From NCBI GenBank assembly GCA_963752255.1, contig CAVVXT010000003.1, forward strand, positions 96,001 through 160,000: a DNA stretch of 64,000 nt. Direction: 5' to 3'. Numbering within the stretch: position 1 is the first letter of the stretch; each line of letters begins with the position of its first letter. This document shows positions 52,338 through 62,809 of this stretch, in pieces. A program made the position numbers and the translations under genes. The notes under the pieces are model-generated. The model had not been told where the DNA came from. It made no database searches and saw only the letters and a list, made by a program, of their open reading frames with translations. The stretch is from Nitrososphaeria archaeon. Lineage in GTDB: Archaea; Thermoproteota; Nitrososphaeria; JACIWG01.

Positions 52338-53588
52338 ACAACGTCACCATATTTCCTTGGATCAGTTATCTTGCCCTCTAAGGCTGTTGCAGCTGCCGTT
52401 ACCGGACTAGCGTAGGAATATCTTTGATGTACTTGCCCCCATCCTTCCTGTAAAGTTTCTATTACTAGTGGACACAGCGATTTCTTCTTCGCCTAGAAGC
52501 CCCATATGAGCTCCAATACATGGACCACAAGTCGGCGGACCAACAGTGCATCCTGCACTTACAAGTTTCTGAAGATAGCCAGCTTTCAGAGATTCCAGAT
52601 AAAGTCTCCTTGAGGCAGGAATTACGATACACCTTACTTTAACATGTTTTCCTTCAAGGATTTTTGTAGCAGCCTTAATGTCTTCAATTCGTCCATTTGT
52701 GCAACTGCCTATGAACACTTGGTCAACTTCCAAACCCTCGACTTCAGTTACTTTTTTAACGTTATCAACATTCGAGGGCGCTGCCACCATTGGTTCAAGC
52801 TTTCCAGCATCGAAGTGTAGTTCTCTTACGTATTTGGCTTCCTTATCAGGTTTAATAGCTTCAAAGTTACCTATTCTGCCTTTAAGCCAGGATTCTGTTT
52901 TTTCATTAAGTTCCATAGGACATGCTTTTGCGCCCATCTCGACTGCCATATTAGCGATTGTCATCCTGCTATCAACGGAAAGCTCATCTATACAAGAGCC
53001 GTGATATTCAACGGCTTCATAGGTTAGTCCATCAGCTTTAACCGCACCCAGAACCTGAAGAACGATGTCCTTTGACATAACCATGTTCGGAAGCTTTCCA
53101 TCAACAGTGATCTTGACGGTCTCTGGCACTTTAAACCAGAGCTTCCCCGTTGCCATCGCTAAAGCTGCATCAGTGCTGCCGACACCTGTCGCAAAGGCGT
53201 TAAAAGCGCCGTGTGTTACACTGTGAGAGTCCGCCCCGATAACGACATTTCCCGGTTTAACATACCCCTCTTCAGGTAAAACTTGGTGACAGATACCTGA
53301 ACCGATATCAAAAAGTTTCAAACCTTGCTGTTCTGCGAACTTCCTTAAAGAAATGTGAATATTCGAAATCTGTGGAGATGGACTAGGTGCTGCATGGTCT
53401 ATGAAGAAGACGACTTTAGTTGGGTCAAAAACCTTCTTGATTCCTAGCTCCTCCATTGATTCAATGGCGAGCAACGCTGTGCCGTCGTGCGCGAAGACGA
53501 CATCAATATTTGATACAATAAAGTCTCCTGAGGAGACTTCCTTCTTTCCCGACGATTTTGCCAGGATTTTCTCAACAATCGTTGACAT
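52334..53588 (-). CDS. leuC: Isopropylmalate/homoaconitase-family large subunit (frameshift near 52410)
   Basis: HDGT, GICHQ, GADSH, GSCTNGR, CGPC.G, NRNF.GRMG / ASP.TAAA.A; substrate uncertain. Confidence 0.88.
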
Positions 53589-53618
53589 AACTTTCACCGT
53601 GATAGTTGCTATATGTTA

Positions 53619-53954
53619 TCATTCTGCATCACTCTTTGTAGCTCTAATCAAACCAATTATTTTTGGAAAATTAAAACCTAGATCCTTGATTTTTTTAAGA
53701 ACTTCTATATCATTTTTAGTGTACAAGAAAAGCTCTGAGGTTCTTATAATACCCTTCTTGCCACCTAAGGTATTTAACAATCCGTAGATCTTTAAAGACT
53801 TTTCCACAGAAAAAATTCTCCAACCCTGTTGTCTGACTCTTAAAGTTGTATCAGCAAGCCAGATATTGCCAATATTTTGTAGAAAACATATGATTGGAGT
53901 AACATCGAAGGGGAAAATTTCTCTGAAAAAAATTTTCTTTTCTACGGGAATCAA
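53619..53954 (-). pseudogene. Truncated, degenerate Re-citrate synthase-like (DRE-TIM) N-terminus
   Basis: FREIFPFD..P, IW.ADTTLRVRQQ (canonical RDGQQ broken), LGG.KGII..SE.FLY, G..FP....IRA; ends after about 110 aa. Confidence 0.7.
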
Positions 53955-54060
53955 CTGATTTTCCCTTGAACTATCATTCTGTTTAACTCCTTAAATCCAA
54001 AACTATTCGTAATATAAACTTTTTAAATTTTAGAGAAAAAATTGTCTTTTTAATAGAAAA

Positions 54061-54414
54061 TTAGCCATTAAAGATTTTTTTGATTTCACTAAATAACCTG
54101 CCTAGAGCAGATACCTTAGGTTCGACTACTTTTGGCACGTAATTTGCCTGTGGTGCTGTAACTCCGCTTAAAATGTCATAGAATGTTTTATATATCAAAA
54201 CACCTTTACTCGTAAGTTTGTATGAGACACCTTCCTTGATAACAAGGTCATTCCCAAGCATTTTAACTAATGTTACATAAAGCGATGATTTTGGTAGGTT
54301 TGTTTTATCCAAAATATCTGGGAAAGATTTAATTGAACTATCTAATGAACCTAAAATGATATACGCATTTTCATCTAATATACCCAAAACCATCCTATGA
54401 GGTTGCTTAGGCAC
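54061..54414 (-). CDS. Winged-HTH protein
   Basis: F.DI...T.LPKSSLY..L..M....LV.K....Y.LT.KG. Confidence 0.75.
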   Translation of the reverse strand: MPKQPHRMVLGILDENAYIILGSLDSSIKSFPDILDKTNLPKSSLYVTLVKMLGNDLVIKEGVSYKLTSKGVLIYKTFYDILSGVTAPQANYVPKVVEPKVSALGRLFSEIKKIFNG

Positions 54415-54455
54415 ATAAGCAACACCTAAGTTTATATATATAAGTATGAATGAAA

Positions 54456-54863
54456 CTATTTCTGCTCTCCATTATCAGATTGTCCTTTTGGAGGTTGTTG
54501 AATCTGAGCAATCGGAGGTGGTGGCGGTATTTGGACGGTTTGAATCATCTGGGACTTTTTTACCTCTTCTATAACAGTATTGGAAATCACCTTCACAACC
54601 GAGGCAAAAGTGGCTACGCCGACAAAAAAGCCAACAAAAATAAAGATCAATAAGATAGGACCGGCATATTGTTGAATAATAGGCTGCACTTGCGTAACAA
54701 TTTGAGTACTGTTAAGGTTGCCCAGATTTCCGATTCTGGATACTAAACTTGCTAAAATAGAGACGCTAAGAAATATAAAAATCAGAGCACCAATTATCGC
54801 CCATAGAGCGACCCAAAGAAATATTATGAATCCATTCCAAAAAGCTTTACCCCAACCGATCAT
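54456..54863 (-). CDS. Hypothetical 2-TM protein with Pro/Gln-rich tail
   Basis: Two hydrophobic helices, PPPPP tail. Confidence 0.65.
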   Translation of the reverse strand: MIGWGKAFWNGFIIFLWVALWAIIGALIFIFLSVSILASLVSRIGNLGNLNSTQIVTQVQPIIQQYAGPILLIFIFVGFFVGVATFASVVKVISNTVIEEVKKSQMIQTVQIPPPPPIAQIQQPPKGQSDNGEQK

Positions 54864-54962
54864 CTACATCAAATTTTGCAAACACTTCTATGATATAAAT
54901 TTATCTCCAAGAATTTTCACGATGAGAGTTTAATACTTATATAAATAAGATGTTAAGCCTTT

Positions 54963-55265
54963 TTGAGTGAGATGGAAATCGTTTTATACGTTGAACAAAA
55001 AAATAATGAAAAACTTAAACAGGCTCTTTTTGGAGATGATATTGTTTCTAGATCAAATATCATCGTACATGAAGCTGCTTCCTTTGGAAAAAGTGCCGGA
55101 TTTTATATAAGGGTTTTAGGTGACGAAAAACAATGCAAGAAAGCCTTAGAACTTTCAAAGGATTTAGGAATTGAAGTTACGGGTGAAGAAAAAGAGAAGG
55201 TGCTCAAACAGTTGAATGAGGAAAGTGAAAAATCATTAGAAGGCTTTGGAGGCATATTCGGCTAA
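54963..55265 (+). CDS. Conserved archaeal hypothetical protein
   Basis: DD.VSR.NI...A...G and C-terminal A/S..GFGGIFG pattern. Confidence 0.65.
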   Translation: MSEMEIVLYVEQKNNEKLKQALFGDDIVSRSNIIVHEAASFGKSAGFYIRVLGDEKQCKKALELSKDLGIEVTGEEKEKVLKQLNEESEKSLEGFGGIFG

Positions 55266-55456
55266 GTGTCTTTTTAAATAGATAACTAAATCTTATAACA
55301 CATTATATTCTTAATAAAACAGTTAACTGTTTTTATTTTGATTATTAAGATTTAATGTTCTAAGCACATGAAACGAATTTTAAAGCCTTCTAAAATGCTA
55401 ATAATGATAGATAAATATCATGAATGATTAATTACTATTTTTTTCTTTTCTATTCC

Positions 55457-55867
55457 TTATAATTTAAAAAGTGAAAAATCGACATTAGGAAATATTATTA
55501 TAACGTTCCTTTTTGAAGCGTTAAAGTCAAATCTTATACCATTTGTAGCATTGCAGAATATTTCAATCGCAGGTTTAGGTATATATCCTAAGTTGCTAAT
55601 ATCAGATATATAACGAGCTATCTTTTGAAAGCGTTGAAAATCATCATCCTTAACTTTGGCATAACTTCCAATTACACTCAGAATTGATATTATCCTTGTC
55701 ATATCTTTTTTGATCCTATTCTTCTTTTCTTTAAACTCCATAGATTCATCTTCTATAATATCGTTCATCTCTAAACAGATTTTCCTTATCTCATCCTTCT
55801 TTTCTACCAACATCAGCCTTTCTTTTTCAGTAATTTCCATGCAAGATAATACAATTTCACTCTCCAC
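55457..55867 (-). CDS. Hypothetical protein
   Basis: 136-aa ORF divergent from the HNH gene. Confidence 0.55.
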   Translation of the reverse strand: MESEIVLSCMEITEKERLMLVEKKDEIRKICLEMNDIIEDESMEFKEKKNRIKKDMTRIISILSVIGSYAKVKDDDFQRFQKIARYISDISNLGYIPKPAIEIFCNATNGIRFDFNASKRNVIIIFPNVDFSLFKL

Positions 55868-55958
55868 TTAAATTCCTTTCCAATAATCTGTTTAGATGTT
55901 GGCTACACTATGTTTAGGTTAAGCACAAAATCCTAAATATAAAGTTAGCAAGAAAGAA

Positions 55959-56411
55959 TTGATGTGGGAAGAGGAAGAAACAAGAAAGCCTATTCCAATG
56001 AGTGTTAAAAAGGAAGTCTATAAAAGAGCTAAGGGAAGATGTGAAAAATGCCATACTCCTTGGAAATGGGAGAATGGCAACTTCCATCACCTTAGAACCC
56101 CCACTATTACGCCAACAGCTAAAACAGTCGTCTTCCTTTGTCCCAACTGTCATACAAAATATGGACACAAACGAATAACTAGAAGATATGAAGATTTACT
56201 TGGAACACATTCTTATACTCAAGTCATTAGGCAAAGAGTTGTAAGAAAGCCGAAAAGTAAGACCAGAAGAATTGCTATTAGAAGTCTTCTTGGTGAGGTT
56301 ATAGGATATAGGACAATTAAGATTAGAAAAAAGAAGAGAAAAGTAAAACAAAAAGGGAAAGTCGTTAAAAGGAAAGCAAAGAAGATGAAAAGAAGACGCA
56401 GACGTCGATAA
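55959..56411 (+). CDS. Zn-binding HNH-like protein with highly basic C-terminal tail
   Basis: RKPIP..VKKEV..R..GRCEKC...FHH...LCPNCH; K/R-rich tail. Confidence 0.75.
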   Translation: MMWEEEETRKPIPMSVKKEVYKRAKGRCEKCHTPWKWENGNFHHLRTPTITPTAKTVVFLCPNCHTKYGHKRITRRYEDLLGTHSYTQVIRQRVVRKPKSKTRRIAIRSLLGEVIGYRTIKIRKKKRKVKQKGKVVKRKAKKMKRRRRRR

Positions 56412-56898
56412 GACTATGGATTAGTTAGTTATTATTACTTAGATTATAAATTAGGTTAGAAGTCAACTAGTTAAAAGAACAAATTTAACATATTCCTTAA
56501 CGCACTTTTTGGAGTCCCCAGTTAGAAGGGTTATCTTTAAGCACAAGACCCCATGCTATTAGCGTTAAAGTTTATTATATTAGATGGCGTTTTTAGAGGT
56601 CTTTAGCACATCTTAATCTTTCTTGACTTTGTTCATGGCTTGGTAAACTTTAACCATCTCAGAGTAATATAAGCATTTTGAAATAATATAATCCTCTCTC
56701 ATCTTCTTGGATTCCTTACCCTTAAATGGGCTATAAAAAAGTTCCCAGAAATATATCGAACATGAACAATTTGGGCTTAACGCTTAACGCTCCTTCCGGA
56801 AAATTTGTCAAATTAAATAAAAGGAAATGATTATACATAATAACGCACAAGTTTAATATATTTGCGATTATTGCTTAATACCGAGTGTTCAGAGAACA

Positions 56899-58362
56899 TT
56901 GATAATAAAAAATTCTATGGAACTTCTACAACATGGCAACGTTTCAGGGCGGAAAACTGTTTTAGAAATTATCGAATCAGGACTTAAGGCGTCCGACCCA
57001 TACTTTAACACTAAGGAATTGATCAAACTAAGAAATAAAGAATTGATTATTGGTCGACCAGGGCTATCTTTTTTTACATCGGATGGCAGAAATATTAGCT
57101 CACCACTTGTTTTTGACCTATCCAAAATAAATAACATTTACGTCGTCGGCGGAGGAAAAGCCGCTCAAAGACAAGCTAAAGCCATAGAAGATGTCCTTAA
57201 AAATCTGATTACTGAAGGACATATAAATGCTAAGAAGGGAGAGGAGGTTCAGCTCAAGAAAATTGAAGTTACTCTTGCTGGGCACCCCTTACCTGACGAA
57301 GACGGAGTCAGAGGCTCAAAAAGGATCATGGAGATAGAGTTAAAGGCAAAGAAAGGTGACATCGTCTTCTTTTCAGAATCTGGAGGAGGCTCCGCATTAA
57401 TGGCTTTACCCGGACCCGGACTTAAACTGGAAGACATCCAAGCTGTCACAAAAAAACTTTACTTTGAAAAGGGCGCGTTGATGTGGGACACAAATACGGT
57501 TAGATGGAATCTGATGATTCTTAGAGGAAGGGATGAAAGGTATGTCGGAGACGCTACGATGATCTGTTTTCACACAGACGAGAGACCTTTAGGTGTTAAA
57601 GTTAACGTAAACAAACAAGTGAGAGGAGTTGGAACATATAGTGATGCTAAGAATATATTAAAAAAATATGGCATCTGGAATGACGTCCCTGAATCGGTCC
57701 GAAGATATTTAGATAAAGCAGATCCCCGCTATTCGCTAATAAAAAAAGGTGAATTAAATGGTAGACCCCATTACCATTTTAGGGTCATGGGGCCTGAATA
57801 CATGTTGGAAGCTGCCAAAAAAAGAGCTGAAGAGATGGGTGTTACCGCATCGATAATTGCCTCAAGCTTAAGCGATATTGAAGCTAATGCGGTCGGAAAC
57901 ATGTTGGCCTATATCGCCAAAGAAATAGAAGTCTTTGGCAGGCCATTTAAGCCTCCTTGTGTTCTAATCTCTGGTGGGGAACTTCTTGTTAAGGTGGGTG
58001 AAAAGAAGGGACGAGGTGGAAGAAATCAAGAATTCGTCCTCTCTGCAGCTTCCAGGTTAGCTGGAAGTAGTAATATTGTTATTGCATCATGCGATTCAGA
58101 TGGAACAGACGGACCTACCGAGGCAGCTGGCGGCATAGTAGACGGTTTTACGGTAGAAAGGGCTGAAAAAGAAGAAATTCAAATAATGGAAGAGCTCGAT
58201 AATCATGACAGCTTTAATGCTTTATCAAAATTGAAAGATCTTTTTTTCACTGGCGCAAGAGGAACAAACGTTCAAGACCTTCGCATCGTATATGTTGGAG
58301 GTATGAAACAAAATCAATGTGAACAGATTCCAGATTACATAACATCATTATTTATAAAGTGA
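56899..58362 (+). CDS. Glycerate 2-kinase (DUF4147/MOFRL family)
   Basis: GGGKAA, AGHP.PD, SGGGSAL, SGGE, GGRNQE, SDG.DGP..AAG, TG..GTNV.D. Confidence 0.9.
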   Translation: MIIKNSMELLQHGNVSGRKTVLEIIESGLKASDPYFNTKELIKLRNKELIIGRPGLSFFTSDGRNISSPLVFDLSKINNIYVVGGGKAAQRQAKAIEDVLKNLITEGHINAKKGEEVQLKKIEVTLAGHPLPDEDGVRGSKRIMEIELKAKKGDIVFFSESGGGSALMALPGPGLKLEDIQAVTKKLYFEKGALMWDTNTVRWNLMILRGRDERYVGDATMICFHTDERPLGVKVNVNKQVRGVGTYSDAKNILKKYGIWNDVPESVRRYLDKADPRYSLIKKGELNGRPHYHFRVMGPEYMLEAAKKRAEEMGVTASIIASSLSDIEANAVGNMLAYIAKEIEVFGRPFKPPCVLISGGELLVKVGEKKGRGGRNQEFVLSAASRLAGSSNIVIASCDSDGTDGPTEAAGGIVDGFTVERAEKEEIQIMEELDNHDSFNALSKLKDLFFTGARGTNVQDLRIVYVGGMKQNQCEQIPDYITSLFIK

Positions 58363-58577
58363 TAGACTCAGTTGTCTTTTTAAAGATAGAGAGAGAGTTT
58401 AATGAACACAATCTTTAGTGTAAACCAATCTATATTTGCTAAAATAAGTTTAAGTGTAGTCTAAACAGCGTTTACAGATAAAAGCTAGCTATTAAAAATT
58501 GAACACCGAAATTATTGCACGCTGGCTAAGCACTTTTTTAGGTTAAATACATTAAGTAGAAATTATAACCCTAAAAT

Positions 58578-59693
58578 ATGAAGGTTAGAGAAGTTTTTAA
58601 TACGTTTGCACCTTATGAATGGGAAATTTCATCTCGTGAAATTGCGGGTATAGCAAGCATCCCGGTTGAAAGGGTTTTGCGGCTTGATACAAACACTTCT
58701 CCTTTCCCCCCCAAAAAATGGCTCAAAAAATTAGCTAAAAATTTGGTTAACGCACCCGTGAATCAATATCCTGATACAAAATATTCAGAAATAACTCAAG
58801 CAATTACGAAATATGTTAAAGTGGATTTGGACAATATCGTGATGACTAAGGGTGCTGACGAAGCGATAGATATAATAGTTAAGACACTGTTAGACTGCGG
58901 AGACAAAATAATTCTTTCAGTCCCCTCATATCCCATGTTTAGGGTCGCATCGGAGATAGCAGGCGCCAAAGTTCTTGAAGTGGACAGAAAAAGCGAACCA
59001 CCATTCATGGACGATGTAGATGAGATGATTCATGTCGGAAAAAAAGAGAAAGTTTCTGCTGTTTTCCTTAGTAATCCCAACAATCCCACTGGAACTCTAA
59101 TGGAAGTAGATGATATAAGAAGATTAGCGGAAGAAATAAAGTGCGGTATCATAGTCGACGAAGCATACTTCGAATATTGTGGTAAGTCTGCCGTGAAATT
59201 AATAAAAGAGTATGAAAACGTCGTAATTATTAGGACCCTTTCTAAAGCCTTTTCTCTCGCTGGTGAAAGGATAGGCTACATTCTGGCAGATCAGAAGACA
59301 GTTGACAAATTCAACTACGTTAGACCTCCGAATTCACTAAGCGTTACTTCAATGGAATTGGCGCTGATAGCTTTATCCGATATCAAACAGATACAAAAGT
59401 GGGTCAACGAAGTGGTAAGTGAAAGGGAAAGATGCTTTAATTTTTTAAAGTCAATTAGCGATATTAACCCATACCCTAGTACTGCCAACTTCATACTCTT
59501 TAAACTCTACAATCTTAGGGCGGACACTGTACACGGAGAGTTGTTGAAGAAGGGAATAAGCGTCCGAAACCTAAGTGGTACGAGAAACCTTAAAAACTGT
59601 CTAAGAGTGACAATCGGCTCAAGAAATGATAACGATAGATTCTTGGAGGAGTTTAAGACAATCATTAAAACCAATCGTAAGAATAATATATGA
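58578..59693 (+). CDS. hisC: Second histidinol-phosphate aminotransferase-family enzyme
   Basis: RLDTNT, YPD, GADE, NPNNPTG, DEAY, RTLSKAFSLAG.RIGY, LRVTIG. Confidence 0.8.
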   Translation: MKVREVFNTFAPYEWEISSREIAGIASIPVERVLRLDTNTSPFPPKKWLKKLAKNLVNAPVNQYPDTKYSEITQAITKYVKVDLDNIVMTKGADEAIDIIVKTLLDCGDKIILSVPSYPMFRVASEIAGAKVLEVDRKSEPPFMDDVDEMIHVGKKEKVSAVFLSNPNNPTGTLMEVDDIRRLAEEIKCGIIVDEAYFEYCGKSAVKLIKEYENVVIIRTLSKAFSLAGERIGYILADQKTVDKFNYVRPPNSLSVTSMELALIALSDIKQIQKWVNEVVSERERCFNFLKSISDINPYPSTANFILFKLYNLRADTVHGELLKKGISVRNLSGTRNLKNCLRVTIGSRNDNDRFLEEFKTIIKTNRKNNI

Positions 59694-59722
59694 GAGCCTG
59701 TTGAACACCAACGACATATTTA

Positions 59723-59902
59723 ATGCCTTCGATAATTAACAACTTTGATACACTTTCAACACACGGCAATATTAGGGGAAGGAAGATTATTTTAGACATT
59801 CTCGAAGCAGGACTTCAAGCCACAGACCCCTACGACAACGTGCGAAAGCTAATTAATCTGAAAGGAAAAAAATTCTATAGGACGACCCAAGACAAGATTT
59901 AA
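59723..59902 (+). pseudogene. N-terminal relic of a glycerate-kinase paralogue
   Basis: MPSIINNFDTLSTHGNIRGRKIILDILEAGLQATDPY aligns by eye with MIIKNSMELLQHGNVSGRKTVLEIIESGLKASDPY at 56899. Confidence 0.85.
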
Positions 59903-60059
59903 AACAATTGGCTTGCCCAATACCATCAACTTCTAGTATACGAGACTCAATTTAAAGTTTACAAGGGGCTGTCATATAGTATACAGAGTCAATTTGATTC
60001 TATAGTTCAGAATATTCCTTAAAGGCGTAACTATCTTAAAATCAAAAGCGTCTATTAAA

Positions 60060-61043
60060 TTATTTTTTAGTAAAAGGTGAATTTACAGGGAATAATGGTT
60101 TCTCTCCGTGAAGAACCCTTAATATCTCTTCTGCTGCTGTCACCGCCATCCTTTTTCTGCACTCGATCGTATTCGAAGCTAGATGAGGTGTGAGTAAAAC
60201 GTTCTCCAATCCTATAATTGGGTCGTCGACTGGAAGAGGCTCTTTGTAAAAGACGTCGATTCCTGCTCCAGCTATCCATTTTTCCTTCAAAGCCTTCACA
60301 AGTGCACTGTGATCAATTATTGGTCCCCGAGCAACGTTTATTATAAAAGCGGTGTCCTTCATCTTTTTTAACTCTTCTTCACCGATCAACCCCCTCGTCT
60401 GCTCCGTCAGAGCACAGGAAATGGTAACGAAATCGGAATCGTGTAAAAGCGTTTCCAAGGGTTCAAATTCTAAGCCAAATCTGTTTTCAAGATCAACCTT
60501 TCGAACAATATCGTAATATAGGAGCTTCATCTTAAAACCTTTAGCTCTTTCAGCGATACAGACACCTATTCTACCTAAGCCTATGATACCAAGAGTTTTC
60601 CCGCAGACATCGGTTCCCGTAAACAGCATAGGATCTCTAACAGTCCAACGCTTCGATTTGACGAAGTAATTTGCCTCACAGATCCTTCTTGCCAAAGTTA
60701 GGAGAAGACTAAAAGCCTGATCCGCAACGGTCTCGTTAAGAACAGGCGTCGTAGTCACCCAAATCCCCCTTTTATTAGCCGCTTCCAAATCCACGTTATC
60801 GAATCCTACACCATGTCTTGCGATGACCTTCAGCTTAGATCCTGATTCAATAACCTTCCTAGTAGCTCTTTCAACATTTAATGTTACAAGCAGTGCGTCG
60901 GCATCTTTAACAGCTTCTACCAGCTCCTCCTCACTCGGCGGCTTCGGGAAGATTTTTAGCTCAGCTTCACTTTCTAGAATCCTTATTCCTTCTTCTCTCA
61001 TCGGAGCGGTTACAACTATCCTAAACTTTACCAAGACCTTCAC
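60060..61043 (-). CDS. D-2-hydroxyacid dehydrogenase (glyoxylate/hydroxypyruvate reductase-like)
   Basis: GVGFDNVD, GLGRIG, IN.ARG, DVF..EP, TPH.A. Confidence 0.92.
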   Translation of the reverse strand: MKVLVKFRIVVTAPMREEGIRILESEAELKIFPKPPSEEELVEAVKDADALLVTLNVERATRKVIESGSKLKVIARHGVGFDNVDLEAANKRGIWVTTTPVLNETVADQAFSLLLTLARRICEANYFVKSKRWTVRDPMLFTGTDVCGKTLGIIGLGRIGVCIAERAKGFKMKLLYYDIVRKVDLENRFGLEFEPLETLLHDSDFVTISCALTEQTRGLIGEEELKKMKDTAFIINVARGPIIDHSALVKALKEKWIAGAGIDVFYKEPLPVDDPIIGLENVLLTPHLASNTIECRKRMAVTAAEEILRVLHGEKPLFPVNSPFTKK

Positions 61044-61214
61044 CCTTTCTTATGCAAAACCTTTAAGCCAAAATGAAACGTTATTACAACTCTCCGGTTA
61101 GAAGTTGAAAACATAAGCTGTGAATAATGTATACAATATTTAAGCTTTGAGTTTCTTTTTTCCTACGGAAAATACTTTTTATATATAAAGGGTTTAGTTG
61201 GAGACGATAACATA

Positions 61215-62693
61215 ATGGAATATAATTTGTTAACAAGATTACATAGGTTTCCTCCTCGATACGGTCCTGAATGGGGATCTGGTGGGATATTCGGTCTAAG
61301 ATACTATAAGGGTACTTTATACTTCAATCTGTCATTTGAAGGTGAAGCCCACTTTGTTGACGCTGAAAGAGATAAAGTATATAGTTACAACCTGATTGGA
61401 CCAAGCCCTGTATCAGGAGGCGACACATACAACGCCGTCGACACGGTTGACAATAAGATATACTTCGGTGGATGGATACATGCACCTGCAGTTTACGACA
61501 GATCTGGTGAAAAGAGAGCAATATCATTTGTCAACAAATACAGTCACGTCCACGAATATGATACCAAAGAAAAAAAGATACGCCTAGTGTGGAAAGATAG
61601 CATACATGATTCTACTGAATGGGCGGGAGAGGTCTCAGAGATAGTGTACAACCCTGTCGACGACAAGCTGTTGTTGGCTAGGGCTGACGGACACAAGAAC
61701 CTCGGCATATTCTCTCTCGATAGAAAAAGTGGGGAAACCCAGTTGATTAGCCAGGATCCAGGTGTCAAGGGGACACTCTTCCTTGACACAGCATGCTTTG
61801 ACACATCAAGCATCGGTAATTTTACTGGAATACAGTGCTTGGAGCTTTCCAGTAACAAATGGGTAAAACAGAAGATAGAAGATTTATCGGAGATTTCAGT
61901 CGACGACGGCTCATGCTTTAGACCGTTCGTCGGATCCATGACTTCTGCGTACGCGAGGCTATTCGTTTTCATTAAGGGAGGAATGATTGTAGACAACCCC
62001 TTAGATTACAATAGAGAAACAGTGAAATTCATCAGGCTATTCGACTTTGGATACTCGGGATACTCGCCGAGCAGAACGGTCGCACTGCCTCTTGGAGGAG
62101 GCGTTCTAACGGCGTTCAATTCATTCACGCACGGTTTCGTTAATCCGATGAATCCGGAAGAAGTAAAAGAAGCAGAAGTCGTAAACACAATTATCGGCCC
62201 ATCAGTGCTGGTTTATCTGTCGCCTCCAATGGCTCGAATAGTAGGCTCCTTCGGAGCTAGGGTAACTTCGATAGAAAGCTTTGGCGACAAGATTCTACTA
62301 GGCACCTCTACAACAGCGAATCTAGCAAGGTTTGATGCGACACCCATAGACGCGGGATACAGGGATATTCTGACTTTAGACAACAACTTGCTCCTTTCGA
62401 ATCCACCTCCAGTAAGCTACAGTATACCAGGTAGCAGGATCGCTAACCTAAATTGGGGAGGAATACCTCTTTTCGGCTACAAGAACTCGAAAATGGTTTT
62501 CAAAGCCTCGAAAGACAACAGGTTAACCGTGTACGAATATGACATAGGTCTACCTGTGCAAAAAGCTGAAAGGAGTGTCCGCCAAATTAAAGCTGGGAAG
62601 AATATAATTAACCTTTCAGATTACGATAGAATATTGTCGTTCAAACTCGAAGAAGAGGATTTAGAGGCTACGATTTATTTACATCTTAAATAA
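61215..62693 (+). CDS. DUF2139-like beta-propeller protein
   Basis: FPPRYGPEWGSGGIFGL.Y, SGGDTYNAV, YFGGW.HAP, NKYSHVH, WGGIPL motifs; family from memory. Confidence 0.75.
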   Translation: MEYNLLTRLHRFPPRYGPEWGSGGIFGLRYYKGTLYFNLSFEGEAHFVDAERDKVYSYNLIGPSPVSGGDTYNAVDTVDNKIYFGGWIHAPAVYDRSGEKRAISFVNKYSHVHEYDTKEKKIRLVWKDSIHDSTEWAGEVSEIVYNPVDDKLLLARADGHKNLGIFSLDRKSGETQLISQDPGVKGTLFLDTACFDTSSIGNFTGIQCLELSSNKWVKQKIEDLSEISVDDGSCFRPFVGSMTSAYARLFVFIKGGMIVDNPLDYNRETVKFIRLFDFGYSGYSPSRTVALPLGGGVLTAFNSFTHGFVNPMNPEEVKEAEVVNTIIGPSVLVYLSPPMARIVGSFGARVTSIESFGDKILLGTSTTANLARFDATPIDAGYRDILTLDNNLLLSNPPPVSYSIPGSRIANLNWGGIPLFGYKNSKMVFKASKDNRLTVYEYDIGLPVQKAERSVRQIKAGKNIINLSDYDRILSFKLEEEDLEATIYLHLK

Positions 62694-62809
62694 ATTTGAA
62701 AAATAAGCATTTAGTGGCGCTTAAGTAAAGCCTTTCTCAGTTGCAGTGTACCCTAAGCCTTAGAAAAAAAATACTTCTGGATTTTTTAATCTCCTTGAGG
62801 TTCAAAATA

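Noticed and set aside
56461-56480. GTCAACTA after the HNH gene as a HEARO/omegaRNA start
   Set aside because: No following GC-rich hairpin was seen, and the ORF lacks IscB PLMP/RuvC motifs.
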